A stretch of 64,000 bases of DNA from an uncultured Candidatus Saccharibacteria bacterium (GCA_964574145.1 CAZNKJ010000003.1:4787-68786), one strand, 5' to 3'; shown: positions 28,011 through 38,196, counted from the first letter of the stretch. A program made the numbers and translations. The notes: generated by a model from the letters alone, not told the origin.

Positions 28011-30317
28011 ATGAATAAAAGGGGGAAAGTTTATGGACGTGGGGTGACTGTGAGGCACTCTTTGAACGGACGTCGAGTACCCATTCAAACAAACAACCTC
28101 AATGAAGGACGTTCAGCATCCTTCATTGAAAAACCCCCTATTAGAAGTGGGACTTCTAATAGGGGGGGGGGGGGCGATTTTCCCACTTTTCTAAAACTTG
28201 CTATAACCACGGGCGTGGTACTCTCTTTTGCAGTTATATTCTTCGTCTTTAATACATTTGGAGAAACAAAAATAAATATAACTTTAAATTCCAACTCAGA
28301 CCTCAACGACGGTCTCGTCGGCCACTGGACATTTGACGGCCCCGACCTTTTGCAAAATGTTGCAGACACAAGCGGTAACGGAAACACAGGATATCTGGCT
28401 GGCTTTACTTCCACAACTACAGTAATGGGGAAGGTTGGTCAGGCGTTGGAATTTGATGGAGTGGATGATTATATGATTACCAAAAGCTTAATGTCTTCGG
28501 CAAGCACTGAAACGTTATCCTTTTGGGTATATGCGAAAGATTCAGGAGTCATTGTATCCGAACTAGGTCAGCAAAAGATAAACTCAGGTTACCATTATAT
28601 AAAAGTAGGATTAAATCAAAACAATGAGTTGAAAGGTAACATCTGGAATTGTAATAATGGTTTGGTTTTTGGGACCATTAATTTAAATATATGGTACCAC
28701 GTCACATTGATTTATGACGGTAATGCGGAGTTTGCGTATTTAGATGGAAGTTTAAAAAATAGTGTATCCTGTTCGAGATCCCCAACTGGGACACAGTATT
28801 TAGCATTTGCTGCAACTGATACACAAACAGCAGGAGGGTTTAATGACTCAGGCTACTTCACTGGCTCCATAGACGACGTCCGTCTATACAACCGCGCTCT
28901 CTCAGCAGACGAAGTCTCTCGCCTCTACGACCTCGGCGCAACCACTTATATAAACAAAACTCTCACCACCAACCCTTCACTCAACGACGGTTTAGTGGGG
29001 TATTGGACATTTGACGGCCCTTTAAGTACTCAGATTACAGATAGTAGTGGTACAGGAAATGCGGGTTACTTTGGAGCTTCTTCAAACGCAACAAACACAC
29101 TGCTGGCCATAGGGAACATAGGACAAGCAGTAAATTTTGATGGAATTGGAGACAATATGTATATTGGTAATGGTGTTCTTAGTCAAACCGAACCAAATGG
29201 TTTCTCTGCATTCATGTGGCTCAAGTCCTCAGAGGCTAATAACGGCAAATATTTTTTTGAGCGAGGGGGGTCAGGTTCATTTTATATGAATTCATGGGCA
29301 TCAAAAGCATCTTGTCGTATTAGAAACTCAGCCTCGACTTATTTTACAACTCCATCAGTGTCTATATTAGATGGAGAATGGCATCATGTAGGTTGCTCTT
29401 TTTCAACTACAACAAAAGCATTTACAATGTATGTGGATGGCGCTTCCACCACATCCAAAAACGCAAGTACCTTTGATAAATTTCCAGATAATGCTACATG
29501 GTTTACCATTGGTGGTCGGAAAGGCGGTAATTTTGCGCAAGGAACATATGACGACTTTCGTGTATACAACCGCTCTCTATCTCAAGACGAAGTAAAACGT
29601 CTCTATCAACAAGGCGCAACTACTTATATAAACAAAACTCTCACCACTAACCCCTCACTCAACGACGGTCTCGTCGGCCACTGGACATTTGACGGCCCGG
29701 ACCTTTTGCAAAATGTTGCAGACACAAGCGGTAATGGCAACACGGGGTATTTAACAGGCTTTACTTCCACAACTACAGTTATTGGAAAAATAGGACAAGC
29801 TTTAAGCTTTGATGGGGTTGATGATTATGTGGATCTTTCTTCGCTTGCGGTATCAACATTTATTTCTGATTTTAGTGTGAGTGTTTGGTTTAAAGCAGAA
29901 AATTTTAATAATTCATATGCAGAAATAGTTGGAACAGGGTCGACTCCATCTAGTAATGAAGTCTGGGTTTTAAGAGTACATAACAGTAATGGTGACCAAA
30001 TAGGAGATCTGCTTTTTAGGGGTAATGCGGCAAATGGTGGAGATATAAGTACTGATTCTGGTTTTAATGTGACTAGTGGGATTTGGTATAATGCAATTTT
30101 TTTATATGACGTGACAACAGGAAGTTCTACTGTGTACCTAAATGGAGTAAAAGGGAACGATAACACAGTATCTACTGGTGGCTTTACTGGAGGAAGTTTT
30201 AGCCTTTCACCGAAGTTTTCGAGTAGGTACTTCAATGGTTCAATGGACGATGTTCGCGTCTATAATCGTATATTAGGTGTAGACGAAATAAAAAAATTGT
30301 ACGAACTAGGTAATTAA
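28011..30317 (+). CDS. Membrane-anchored protein with three LamG/ConA-like lectin domains
   Basis: N-terminal TM segment, three repeats GLVG[HY]WTFDG...FDG[VI]...WYH/WHH/WYN...DD[VF]R.YNR. Confidence 0.9.
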   Translation: MNKRGKVYGRGVTVRHSLNGRRVPIQTNNLNEGRSASFIEKPPIRSGTSNRGGGGDFPTFLKLAITTGVVLSFAVIFFVFNTFGETKINITLNSNSDLNDGLVGHWTFDGPDLLQNVADTSGNGNTGYLAGFTSTTTVMGKVGQALEFDGVDDYMITKSLMSSASTETLSFWVYAKDSGVIVSELGQQKINSGYHYIKVGLNQNNELKGNIWNCNNGLVFGTINLNIWYHVTLIYDGNAEFAYLDGSLKNSVSCSRSPTGTQYLAFAATDTQTAGGFNDSGYFTGSIDDVRLYNRALSADEVSRLYDLGATTYINKTLTTNPSLNDGLVGYWTFDGPLSTQITDSSGTGNAGYFGASSNATNTLLAIGNIGQAVNFDGIGDNMYIGNGVLSQTEPNGFSAFMWLKSSEANNGKYFFERGGSGSFYMNSWASKASCRIRNSASTYFTTPSVSILDGEWHHVGCSFSTTTKAFTMYVDGASTTSKNASTFDKFPDNATWFTIGGRKGGNFAQGTYDDFRVYNRSLSQDEVKRLYQQGATTYINKTLTTNPSLNDGLVGHWTFDGPDLLQNVADTSGNGNTGYLTGFTSTTTVIGKIGQALSFDGVDDYVDLSSLAVSTFISDFSVSVWFKAENFNNSYAEIVGTGSTPSSNEVWVLRVHNSNGDQIGDLLFRGNAANGGDISTDSGFNVTSGIWYNAIFLYDVTTGSSTVYLNGVKGNDNTVSTGGFTGGSFSLSPKFSSRYFNGSMDDVRVYNRILGVDEIKKLYELGN
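28162..28174 (+). repeat. G13 homopolymer in the 5' coding region
   Basis: 13 consecutive G, currently in frame (R-GGGG-D). Confidence 0.9.
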
Positions 30318-30350
30318 ACCCCCACTCAAGCAAAAATCTCCAAAGGAAAT

Positions 30351-30519
30351 CTCCAAAGGTTAAACCTCTGCAGAAAACCTCTGAGACTAAAAAACTCCAG
30401 AGGTTAAACCTCTGGAGACTTAAGTCCGGTTAAACTCTGCCGTCCAAAGGTTCCAGAGGAGGTTCCAAAGGTTAAACCTCTGGAGACTTGCACGACTTGC
30501 AGAGGTTTAACCTTTGGAG
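30351..30519. repeat. Cluster of palindromic REP-like units bounded by a 22-bp inverted repeat
   Basis: Units [c/t]tcca[a/g]aggttaaacctctg at 30351, 30395, 30463; 30498-30519 is the exact reverse complement of 30351-30372. Confidence 0.85.
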
Positions 30520-30580
30520 GGCTTTTAAACAATTTTGGGTAGACAAAACTACATGATTACTCCCATGTTATAATTGATGT

Positions 30581-33500
30581 ATGGTAACATCTAAATCTTT
30601 TGAAAAGCATTATAGGAGGCTCAATAAAGAACAAAAAAGAGCTGTAGATACTATTGAGGGTCCTGTTATGGTAATAGCAGGGCCTGGTACAGGAAAGACC
30701 CAGATCCTTACTCTCCGTATTGCCAATATCCTAAGGAATACTGACACATCTCCTGACAGTATTTTAGCACTTACTTTTACTGAAGCGGGGGTGGTGGCGA
30801 TGCGTAAGCGTTTGGTTGAGATTATAGGAAGCGATGCATATCGTGTAGGAATTTACACTTTTCATGGATTTGCCAATATTTTAATCAACAATCATCCAGA
30901 TGAATATCCTCGTATTGTGGGAGCGAGTAATGTCAATGATATTGATAGAATAACTATTCTAAAAGAAATAATACAAAGTACAAAACTAAAGATTTTGAAA
31001 CCTTTTGGAGACCCATTTTATTATATCCATCATATTCTTTCTGGGATTAGCGAGCTGAAGAGAGAAAACGTTAGTCCTGATAACGTGAACAAGCTTTTAC
31101 AGAAAAGGAAAAGTGATTATAAAAACATAGAAGATACACGTCATGTAAAAGGTCCTCATGCGGGGAAGGTCAAGGGTAAATATCAGAGTATAGAAAGACA
31201 GCTTTTAAAAGATGAAGAGCTGATAATTCTTTATAGGAGATATGAAAAAGAATTAAAAGATCGTCGCCTCTATGACTATGAGGACATGATACTAGAGACC
31301 GTAAAGGCGTTAGAGAATAATGAAAACTTTCTTCTTTCATTGGAAGAGAAATTCCAGTACATACTTGCGGACGAGCATCAGGATGCGAATAATTCTCAAA
31401 ATAAAATTTTGGAGTTACTTTCTAGTTTTCATCAGTCACCGAATCTCTTTTTAGTGGGGGATGAAAAGCAGGCCATCTATCGATTTCAGGGTGCATCTCT
31501 GGAGAATTTTTTATATTTTACAGAAAGACATAAAGATGCTGAGATTATAAACCTGAATGACAATTATCGCTCCAAACAAGGTATATTGAACGCAGCGCAT
31601 TCTTTAATTACAAAGGGGGAGTTATCCAGACATCAGTCAAAAAACCCACAAATAGCACATATAAAAGGGGGTGGTGACGAAGTGGACATACTATCTTTCT
31701 CACGACCGGAGTTTGAGTATGCACATCTTGCCGTCAACATAAAAAGACATATTGAGGAGGGGATAGATCCTCGGGAAATTGCAGTATTATATCGAAATAA
31801 CAACGATGTTTCTCTTATAGTACCTGCGCTAGAGCGTGAACGTGTGCCATTTATTATTGAGTCTAATCAAAACGCTCTTGAAGATTTGGATATGAAAAAA
31901 ATCATTGCTATTCTCTACGCAGTGCATTTTTTTGGAAACGAAGAACGTTTGATTTCTGTTCTTTCTGTAGATTTTCTTGGAATTCCTCCAATAGATCTTT
32001 ATAAAATATTGCGATTTCGCTCTAATAAAAAAATATCAGTATATGATCTTGTCCGATCAAAGGTACTGCTTAAAAAAGCGGGCGTAAAAAAAATAAATAA
32101 AGTCTATGATCTATACAAAAATCTTTCTTCATGGAGTATTATGTCCAAGAATAAGAGCCTGCTTGAATCTTTGGAAATCATCGCGAATAAGTCAGGATTC
32201 TGGGGGCATCTAATAACTCACGAAAGAGCTCAAGAAAAATTGGATATTTATAGCGGACTGGTGCGAGACATAGAGCAACTTGTTGAGAATCATAGAGAGT
32301 ATACTCTAAAAGATCTTATCAAGTATTTTGATCTTCTCTACGAGCACAATCTTCTTGTTAAAAGAACTCGTCGTAATTCGCGTATGCCGTCGGTACGTCT
32401 TATGACAGTACATCGTGCAAAAGGTTTGGAGTTTGACTATGTATATTTGCCTAGGGTGGTGGATGGACATTGGGGTAATAAACGTACAATAAAACATTTC
32501 TCTCTATCTGAGAGTGTTAAAGACACTAACCACGATCCAGTTCTTGATGAACGTCGTCTTTTTTATGTTGCTCTCACACGCGCTCGGTATGGAGTAAGTA
32601 TTTCATATGCTACAGAGGGTGTGGATGGAAAAGAGTTGCTGCCATCTCTCTTTATTGAAGAAATAGGAAGTCAGAACTTTTCTATAATTGAAACGAGTAA
32701 TTTTGAAAAAAAACATAGCCCTTTAAAACTGCTCGCACCGCGTATTCCAACTCTGATGCCAGTAACAGAAACAAAGTATTTACAGGAACTTTTTTTTGAA
32801 CAAGGGTTTTCAGTAACCGCACTTAATAATTATTTACGTGATCCGTGGGAGTATTTTTTTGGTAATTTATTACGAGTTCCTAAGGCTCCAACAAGAAGTA
32901 TGTTGTTTGGAATTGCTATGCATAATGCCATGCATGATTTATTTGAACGATTAGAGTCAGGAAATAAGATAGATAAAGCGTATCTTTTGTCTCGTTTTCG
33001 ACATTCTCTTAACAAGCAACCTCTTTCAAGTACAGAGTATGAAGAATCTTTGGAGAAAGGTGAATATGCATTATCTGGGTATTACGAGGCCAATAAGGAT
33101 ACGTTTGCTCCAACCCTAGGTAATGAATTTTCTATTAAAATTCAGTTTCCTATTGGAGACGGAGAAAATATTACTTTACGGGGAATTTTGGACAAGATAG
33201 AGAGTGTCTCAGAGAATGAAGTACGTGTAGTTGATTATAAAACTGGTAGAGTGCGTTCACGAAATGATATTATGGGGCTTACCAAAACATCAAATGGTGA
33301 TTACATGCGCCAACTGGTTTTTTATAAATTACTGCTTTCTTATTATGAAAATGGAAAGTACAGTATGACAACAGGCGTTATAGATTTTCTGGAACCCGAT
33401 AAAAATAATAAATATCACAAAGAGGAGTTTGTGGTTACTGATGATGATGTAGAAGAACTCAAAGAGCTTATTCGTAGTAGCGCAAGAGAGATTTTAGAAT

Positions 33501-33583
33501 TGTCTTTTTGGAATTCTGCTTGTGATCCGAAGAAGAGTCATTTTTGTAATTTACAAGAGCTCCTCAAGGAGTCTTATTCTTAA
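30581..33583 (+). CDS. UvrD/PcrA-family helicase with C-terminal PD-(D/E)XK nuclease
   Basis: AGPGTGKT, DEHQD, VGDEKQAIYRFQGA, TVHRAKGLEF, YVALTRA; then GILDKIE...VVDYKTG. Confidence 0.93.
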   Translation: MVTSKSFEKHYRRLNKEQKRAVDTIEGPVMVIAGPGTGKTQILTLRIANILRNTDTSPDSILALTFTEAGVVAMRKRLVEIIGSDAYRVGIYTFHGFANILINNHPDEYPRIVGASNVNDIDRITILKEIIQSTKLKILKPFGDPFYYIHHILSGISELKRENVSPDNVNKLLQKRKSDYKNIEDTRHVKGPHAGKVKGKYQSIERQLLKDEELIILYRRYEKELKDRRLYDYEDMILETVKALENNENFLLSLEEKFQYILADEHQDANNSQNKILELLSSFHQSPNLFLVGDEKQAIYRFQGASLENFLYFTERHKDAEIINLNDNYRSKQGILNAAHSLITKGELSRHQSKNPQIAHIKGGGDEVDILSFSRPEFEYAHLAVNIKRHIEEGIDPREIAVLYRNNNDVSLIVPALERERVPFIIESNQNALEDLDMKKIIAILYAVHFFGNEERLISVLSVDFLGIPPIDLYKILRFRSNKKISVYDLVRSKVLLKKAGVKKINKVYDLYKNLSSWSIMSKNKSLLESLEIIANKSGFWGHLITHERAQEKLDIYSGLVRDIEQLVENHREYTLKDLIKYFDLLYEHNLLVKRTRRNSRMPSVRLMTVHRAKGLEFDYVYLPRVVDGHWGNKRTIKHFSLSESVKDTNHDPVLDERRLFYVALTRARYGVSISYATEGVDGKELLPSLFIEEIGSQNFSIIETSNFEKKHSPLKLLAPRIPTLMPVTETKYLQELFFEQGFSVTALNNYLRDPWEYFFGNLLRVPKAPTRSMLFGIAMHNAMHDLFERLESGNKIDKAYLLSRFRHSLNKQPLSSTEYEESLEKGEYALSGYYEANKDTFAPTLGNEFSIKIQFPIGDGENITLRGILDKIESVSENEVRVVDYKTGRVRSRNDIMGLTKTSNGDYMRQLVFYKLLLSYYENGKYSMTTGVIDFLEPDKNNKYHKEEFVVTDDDVEELKELIRSSAREILELSFWNSACDPKKSHFCNLQELLKESYS

Positions 33584-33690
33584 AATATTTCGACAAGTTT
33601 TGAGAGCTAGTAGGGCTTTTGATTATAAGATGTCTCTCTTGTATTTCCATGTTAAGATCAAATATAATTTCATTATAATATATTAATTAT

Positions 33691-34512
33691 ATGGATATTT
33701 TTTCAGGTATTATTTTAGGCACAGTACAAGGGCTTACCGAATTTCTACCCATTTCTTCAACAGGGCATTTGATAATAGTTAGAGATCTTTTAGGTTTAAA
33801 GATGGACTACGGGCTTTCCTTTGATGCTGTGCTTCACTTTGCTACAGCTGGAGCAGTCTTTGTTTATTTCAGCGCTGATTTTTTTGGTTTTATAAAAAAT
33901 ACTTGGTTATGGCTTAGGGGTTCTTTTGTGGAAAAGCGAGATAAGCAGTTAATAGCGGCTCTTTTGATTGGAACAATTCCTGCTGTTTTGTTTGGTTTAG
34001 CTCTTGAGAAATATATAGAAACTACTTTTCGTAGTGTAAATTTTGTTGCTTGGGGTCTTATTGTCGGGTCTATTTTGTTTTTAATAGCAGAATATTATTC
34101 TAAAAAAATTGCAGAGAGAGGGAGTTTAGAGAAAAATATTTCCGTAAAAAACGGCTTAATCATTGGTTTTTTTCAGACACTAGCATTAGTCCCTGGCATG
34201 TCTCGTTCAGGTGCCACCATTTCAGGAGGTCTTTTGTTAGGACTTTCACGAGAAGAAGCAACAAGGTTCGCTTTTTTATTATCATTTCCAATAATAGTTG
34301 GAGCTGGAAGTAAGAGTGTTTTGGATTTAGGAGTCGGAGGAGTTCTTTCCAGCATAGGTCCATCTTTAATAGCTGCTATTCTAGCCGCGTTTATTTCTGG
34401 AATGTTCGCTATTCATTTTTTGTTGAAGTATTTAAAAACGCACACGCTTAATGTTTTTGTTTTCTACCGTCTTATCCTAGCTGCTGTTATTTTGATTTAT
34501 ATTTCTGTCTAA
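33691..34512 (+). CDS. uppP: Undecaprenyl-diphosphatase (BacA/UppP)
   Basis: QGLTEFLPISSTGHL and PGMSRSGATI motifs, multi-TM. Confidence 0.97.
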   Translation: MDIFSGIILGTVQGLTEFLPISSTGHLIIVRDLLGLKMDYGLSFDAVLHFATAGAVFVYFSADFFGFIKNTWLWLRGSFVEKRDKQLIAALLIGTIPAVLFGLALEKYIETTFRSVNFVAWGLIVGSILFLIAEYYSKKIAERGSLEKNISVKNGLIIGFFQTLALVPGMSRSGATISGGLLLGLSREEATRFAFLLSFPIIVGAGSKSVLDLGVGGVLSSIGPSLIAAILAAFISGMFAIHFLLKYLKTHTLNVFVFYRLILAAVILIYISV

Positions 34513-34532
34513 GGAGTCTTGGTACAAGATTT

Positions 34533-35108
34533 TCAAAATGGTAAAGTATGGGTCATTGATGAGGTCTCTTCATCTTCCCATGTGGAAGTGTTGAGCTTAA
34601 TTTCTCGTATTTCACTCAGGTCTTTGTATTTTAGTGTGTTGTGTTCACGAGCATAATCGTAAATTTCTTTAGTTATACGTACGTCATCTAAACAGTATTT
34701 TTTGACCTTTTCTATTTCACCGTTTTTCCACCATAAAACAGCCTCTAACCCTTTCCCACTTTTGCCTTTACCAAGTGTTCCTTCTGCAACTGCATCCAAT
34801 CGTAGTCGTCGTCCTGTTGCCTTGCGGATTTCTTTAAGTAAATCTAGACTTTTTATATTTGTTAGATCTCCTGGGTAGTATTTATTAAGAAGAGGTATGT
34901 CAAAATGGTCTGAATTATAACCGATAAGCATATTAGCAGATTCTATAAGTGGCCATAGTTTTGGAAGGTCTTCTTCTAGATAGCTTGTGTATAGATCCAT
35001 GAGTGAATCATAAACTCCTACCACAGACAGATCTAAAAGGGCTGGGTCGGCACGACCCACATCCTGGAATATATTTTTTGTCTCAATATCAAAAATAATT
35101 TTTCTCAT
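34533..35108 (-). CDS. RNase H-like/DEDD exonuclease domain protein (RNase_H_2/YprB-like)
   Basis: IFDIET, IGYNSDHFDIP, YCLDDV acidic motifs. Confidence 0.82.
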   Translation of the reverse strand: MRKIIFDIETKNIFQDVGRADPALLDLSVVGVYDSLMDLYTSYLEEDLPKLWPLIESANMLIGYNSDHFDIPLLNKYYPGDLTNIKSLDLLKEIRKATGRRLRLDAVAEGTLGKGKSGKGLEAVLWWKNGEIEKVKKYCLDDVRITKEIYDYAREHNTLKYKDLSEIREIKLNTSTWEDEETSSMTHTLPF

Positions 35109-35180
35109 TTTATTTTGTTCTAAATATCAATTAAAAATTCCCGCTAAAGAGTTAAATATATTAGAATTTGTTGCAGAATT

Positions 35181-36425
35181 TTATATATCTTCAGACCAAA
35201 TCTTGTCTGCTATATTTTCTTCTTTAACAGAAAATTCTTTACCAGTATTGAGATTCTTTATTACAAATTGTTTTGTTTTTATCTCAGTCTCTCCTATGGC
35301 TATTAAAAACGGTATCGCTTGCTTTGAAGCTGTTTTGATTTGATCACCGATCTTTTTACCAAGTATATTTACAGCTACATTTATACCCTGCGTACGCAGT
35401 GTACTAGCAAGTTTTTCTGCATAGGGTATCTGAGCTTTATCTATAGTAGCCAAATAGAGGTCAGTATTTGGTGCGTATTCTGGCAGTAGAGCGTGTGTTT
35501 CGAGAAAGTCTCGCATAGTGACATCTCCCATACCAAAACCTACAGCTGGAATATTTTCTATGCCGAACATGTCAAACAAGTTGTCATAACGACCGCCACC
35601 AAAAAGGGATCTATTGTTTTCTGGGGCTAGGTCAAAAACTTCAAATATTATTCCTGTATAATAGTCAAAACCGCGTACTAGCGTTGGAGAAAACACTACA
35701 TTCTTAATATTTCGTGCCTTGAGTCCCTCAACAATATTTTTTGTCTCAGTGTCTATCTCAAAGTCTAGTGAAATTTCAGTACCTAAAATGTCTTTGGCTT
35801 TCTCTTCAAAATCTTTAATTTTGTCACGCTTATCAAGTAAGCGATAAAATTCTTTTTTTTGTTCGTCATCAAGATTGAATTTTTCTAAAGCCTTGTTGAG
35901 AGATTTTCTATTATTTATACGGATCTCATATTCAGTTTCTTTTGCGCCGAATGCACTCATGATATCTGCGGCAAGTGTAATAATTTCTATCTCAGCTTCT
36001 ATTCCAGGAACTCCGAAAATATCGCTGTTTAATTGCCAGTGCTCACGCAGACGTCCGCGCTGTGGTCGTTCGTAGCGGAACACATTGGGTACAGAATACC
36101 AGCGTAATGGAAAAGCTAGCTCTCTTTTGCGTGCAGCAACAAGACGCGCCACGCTGGGTGTCATTTCAGGACGGAGAGTAACTCGTCTATCGCCCCTGTC
36201 TGTGAAAGTGTATGTTTGTTCGCTTACAATCTCCTCACTTGTTTTGCCTTCGTATAACTCTGCTGGTTCTAATATTGAAGAAGAATATTCAGCGTAACCA
36301 TATTTTTCTACTATTTCGCGCATGGTATTTGCGATATAGTTTTGTATAAACATATCTTCGGGATAAAAATCCCGTACACCTTTATATGGTTCGGTTGACA
36401 GCTTGTTTTTATTAGTATCTTTCAT
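35181..36425 (-). CDS. hisS: Histidine--tRNA ligase (copy 1, core context)
   Basis: KGVRDF, LRPEMTP, FRYERPQRGRLREHWQ, RGFDYYTG, GGGRYD. Confidence 0.97.
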   Translation of the reverse strand: MKDTNKNKLSTEPYKGVRDFYPEDMFIQNYIANTMREIVEKYGYAEYSSSILEPAELYEGKTSEEIVSEQTYTFTDRGDRRVTLRPEMTPSVARLVAARKRELAFPLRWYSVPNVFRYERPQRGRLREHWQLNSDIFGVPGIEAEIEIITLAADIMSAFGAKETEYEIRINNRKSLNKALEKFNLDDEQKKEFYRLLDKRDKIKDFEEKAKDILGTEISLDFEIDTETKNIVEGLKARNIKNVVFSPTLVRGFDYYTGIIFEVFDLAPENNRSLFGGGRYDNLFDMFGIENIPAVGFGMGDVTMRDFLETHALLPEYAPNTDLYLATIDKAQIPYAEKLASTLRTQGINVAVNILGKKIGDQIKTASKQAIPFLIAIGETEIKTKQFVIKNLNTGKEFSVKEENIADKIWSEDI

Positions 36426-36616
36426 AGAGATTGTTCATGAATTGTAACAAATTGAGAAAAGAACAGAAAGAGTAACCAGATATCAAGCTATTTTTGTCAG
36501 ATATTTATTTTTTATTACTTTTGTTATTCTGAGTTTATCTTGAGTTGAGTAATGTGTTTGGGAATCTGAAGAGGGGAATATTTCTTCATTAGAATTTTAA
36601 TGTTACAACAAGGGGT

Positions 36617-37363
36617 ATGAAAGAGGTAGTATCGTATAAAAAAAGACGAGGAGAAACTCCATTGCAGGCGTTATCGCGGTTACGAAAAGAAAGACCTAGG
36701 TTTGCAAAAGAAAAACTTTCATACGCTGGTCGCCTCGACCCACTTGCCGAGGGTTTACTTTTGATATTAGTTGGAGATGCAAATAAAGAACGTGACAAGT
36801 ATCTTAATTTACCCAAGAAATATATTTTTGAAGTCTTATTTGGGTGGAGTACAGACTCGTACGATATAGCTGGGAAACTTGTAGAAACTTCCTCAGAAAA
36901 AATTTCACCCATTCTTCTTATGGAAGGTGTTGGTGCTTTTGTTGGTGTGTATGAGCAAACCTACCCTCCGTTTTCTTCAAAACCAGTACAAGGTAAGCCT
37001 CTTTTTGAGTGGGCTAAAGAAGGACGTCTTTCGGAGATCAAAATACCCTCACATAAGGTTGAAATTTTCAACGCGGTAATTTTAAAAACGGGAAAAATAA
37101 GTGGTTCTGAGCTTGATGAATATGTACATGATTCCGTAACTTCACTTTCTGGTGATTTTCGACAAGAAGAAATTCTAGCTTGTTGGGAAGGCAATCTTAG
37201 TGGAACATATTCGCATAACTATGATACTGCAACCATAGAGATAACCTGTACTAGCGGAACATATGTCCGTGTGTTGGCACAAGAATTGGGTAAGAAGATG
37301 GGAGTACCAGCATTGACTCTTCGTATTGTGCGTACGGAGGTGGGGAAGTATTCTTTGGATTAA
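36617..37363 (+). CDS. truB: tRNA pseudouridine(55) synthase, short form without PUA domain
   Basis: YAGRLDPLAEG, QTYPPFSS, CTSGTYVRVLA, LRIVRTEVG. Confidence 0.9.
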   Translation: MKEVVSYKKRRGETPLQALSRLRKERPRFAKEKLSYAGRLDPLAEGLLLILVGDANKERDKYLNLPKKYIFEVLFGWSTDSYDIAGKLVETSSEKISPILLMEGVGAFVGVYEQTYPPFSSKPVQGKPLFEWAKEGRLSEIKIPSHKVEIFNAVILKTGKISGSELDEYVHDSVTSLSGDFRQEEILACWEGNLSGTYSHNYDTATIEITCTSGTYVRVLAQELGKKMGVPALTLRIVRTEVGKYSLD

Positions 37364-37390
37364 AGAGGATTAATTTTAGCTGGACAGATT

Positions 37391-37933
37391 TTATATCTGA
37401 TCTCTTGTTTGTTTTTTTGATTGAGAGTCTTGAGCTTTTGTGATTATTTCTCGTACATGTTTTGGGTTGGATATTCCATGCATCACGAATTCTAGCTCTT
37501 CACCAGCGGTTTGAACATGAATATCACCAAAATTTAAGAGAGTCGGGATAAATCCACTAGTTTCAATAGTCACATCTTGTATTTTTTCAATAAGTAACAC
37601 GGATATTTTTCGATGGAAAAAACCCTTTTGTTCAATATCTACTATGCGCTTGTCTGTAATAATCCAAAGGTCTAGGAAGTAGTCGGTCCATATTCCCATA
37701 CCACGCATCCAAAAAATAAGAAGCCAAGCTGATCCCAAAAATGTTATCCAAGAGTTACTTAGTAGTATAGTCACAGAGCGTGAACCTATAAGCAAATCGT
37801 AGCCAGCGACAAATGGATAAAGTATAAAAGGAGCTATAGCCAAGACTACTGTTCCTAAAATTTCTCCCGAAAGAATAAACCAGTGTTTTCGGCGTCGCAG
37901 AAGTATAGTTTCATCTTTTGAAATATTAAACAT
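37391..37933 (-). CDS. Membrane-flanked bacterial PH-domain protein
   Basis: Two TM helices then WIITDKRIVDIEQKGFF...IQDVT...NFGDIHVQTAG. Confidence 0.82.
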   Translation of the reverse strand: MFNISKDETILLRRRKHWFILSGEILGTVVLAIAPFILYPFVAGYDLLIGSRSVTILLSNSWITFLGSAWLLIFWMRGMGIWTDYFLDLWIITDKRIVDIEQKGFFHRKISVLLIEKIQDVTIETSGFIPTLLNFGDIHVQTAGEELEFVMHGISNPKHVREIITKAQDSQSKKQTRDQI

Positions 37934-37941
37934 AATTATTT

Positions 37942-38196
37942 TTATGTTAGTAAAACTGCTCCAGAAAGGAGGCTGGAGATTAAGATAAGGGAGACACCAA
38001 AATATACTCCTACAATGAATAAAATATTAATAATACCTCGTCCGTAACGTAACCAGTGATAAAGTAGTAATAGAGTATAAATAACGAAGAGAGTTAGTAT
38101 AAGTAGCACACTTCCCCATATCAAACTTTCCGGACTAACTGTAGAAAAGGTTTCTTTTAGATTGAGAGTAAAAGGTGGTGCAAACGTTTTTTCCAT
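37942..38196 (-). CDS. Small two-TM membrane protein
   Basis: Hydrophobic ORF with LLYHWLRYG; likely start MEKTF. Confidence 0.65.
   Translation of the reverse strand: MEKTFAPPFTLNLKETFSTVSPESLIWGSVLLILTLFVIYTLLLLYHWLRYGRGIINILFIVGVYFGVSLILISSLLSGAVLLT

Noticed and set aside
28302-29780. Diversity-generating retroelement TR/VR pair
   Set aside because: Both copies are in-frame domain repeats, differences are not adenine-specific, and no reverse transcriptase is in the window.
30338-30519. CRISPR array
   Set aside because: Spacers are irregular, short and composed of repeat fragments; orientation is mixed; no cas genes.
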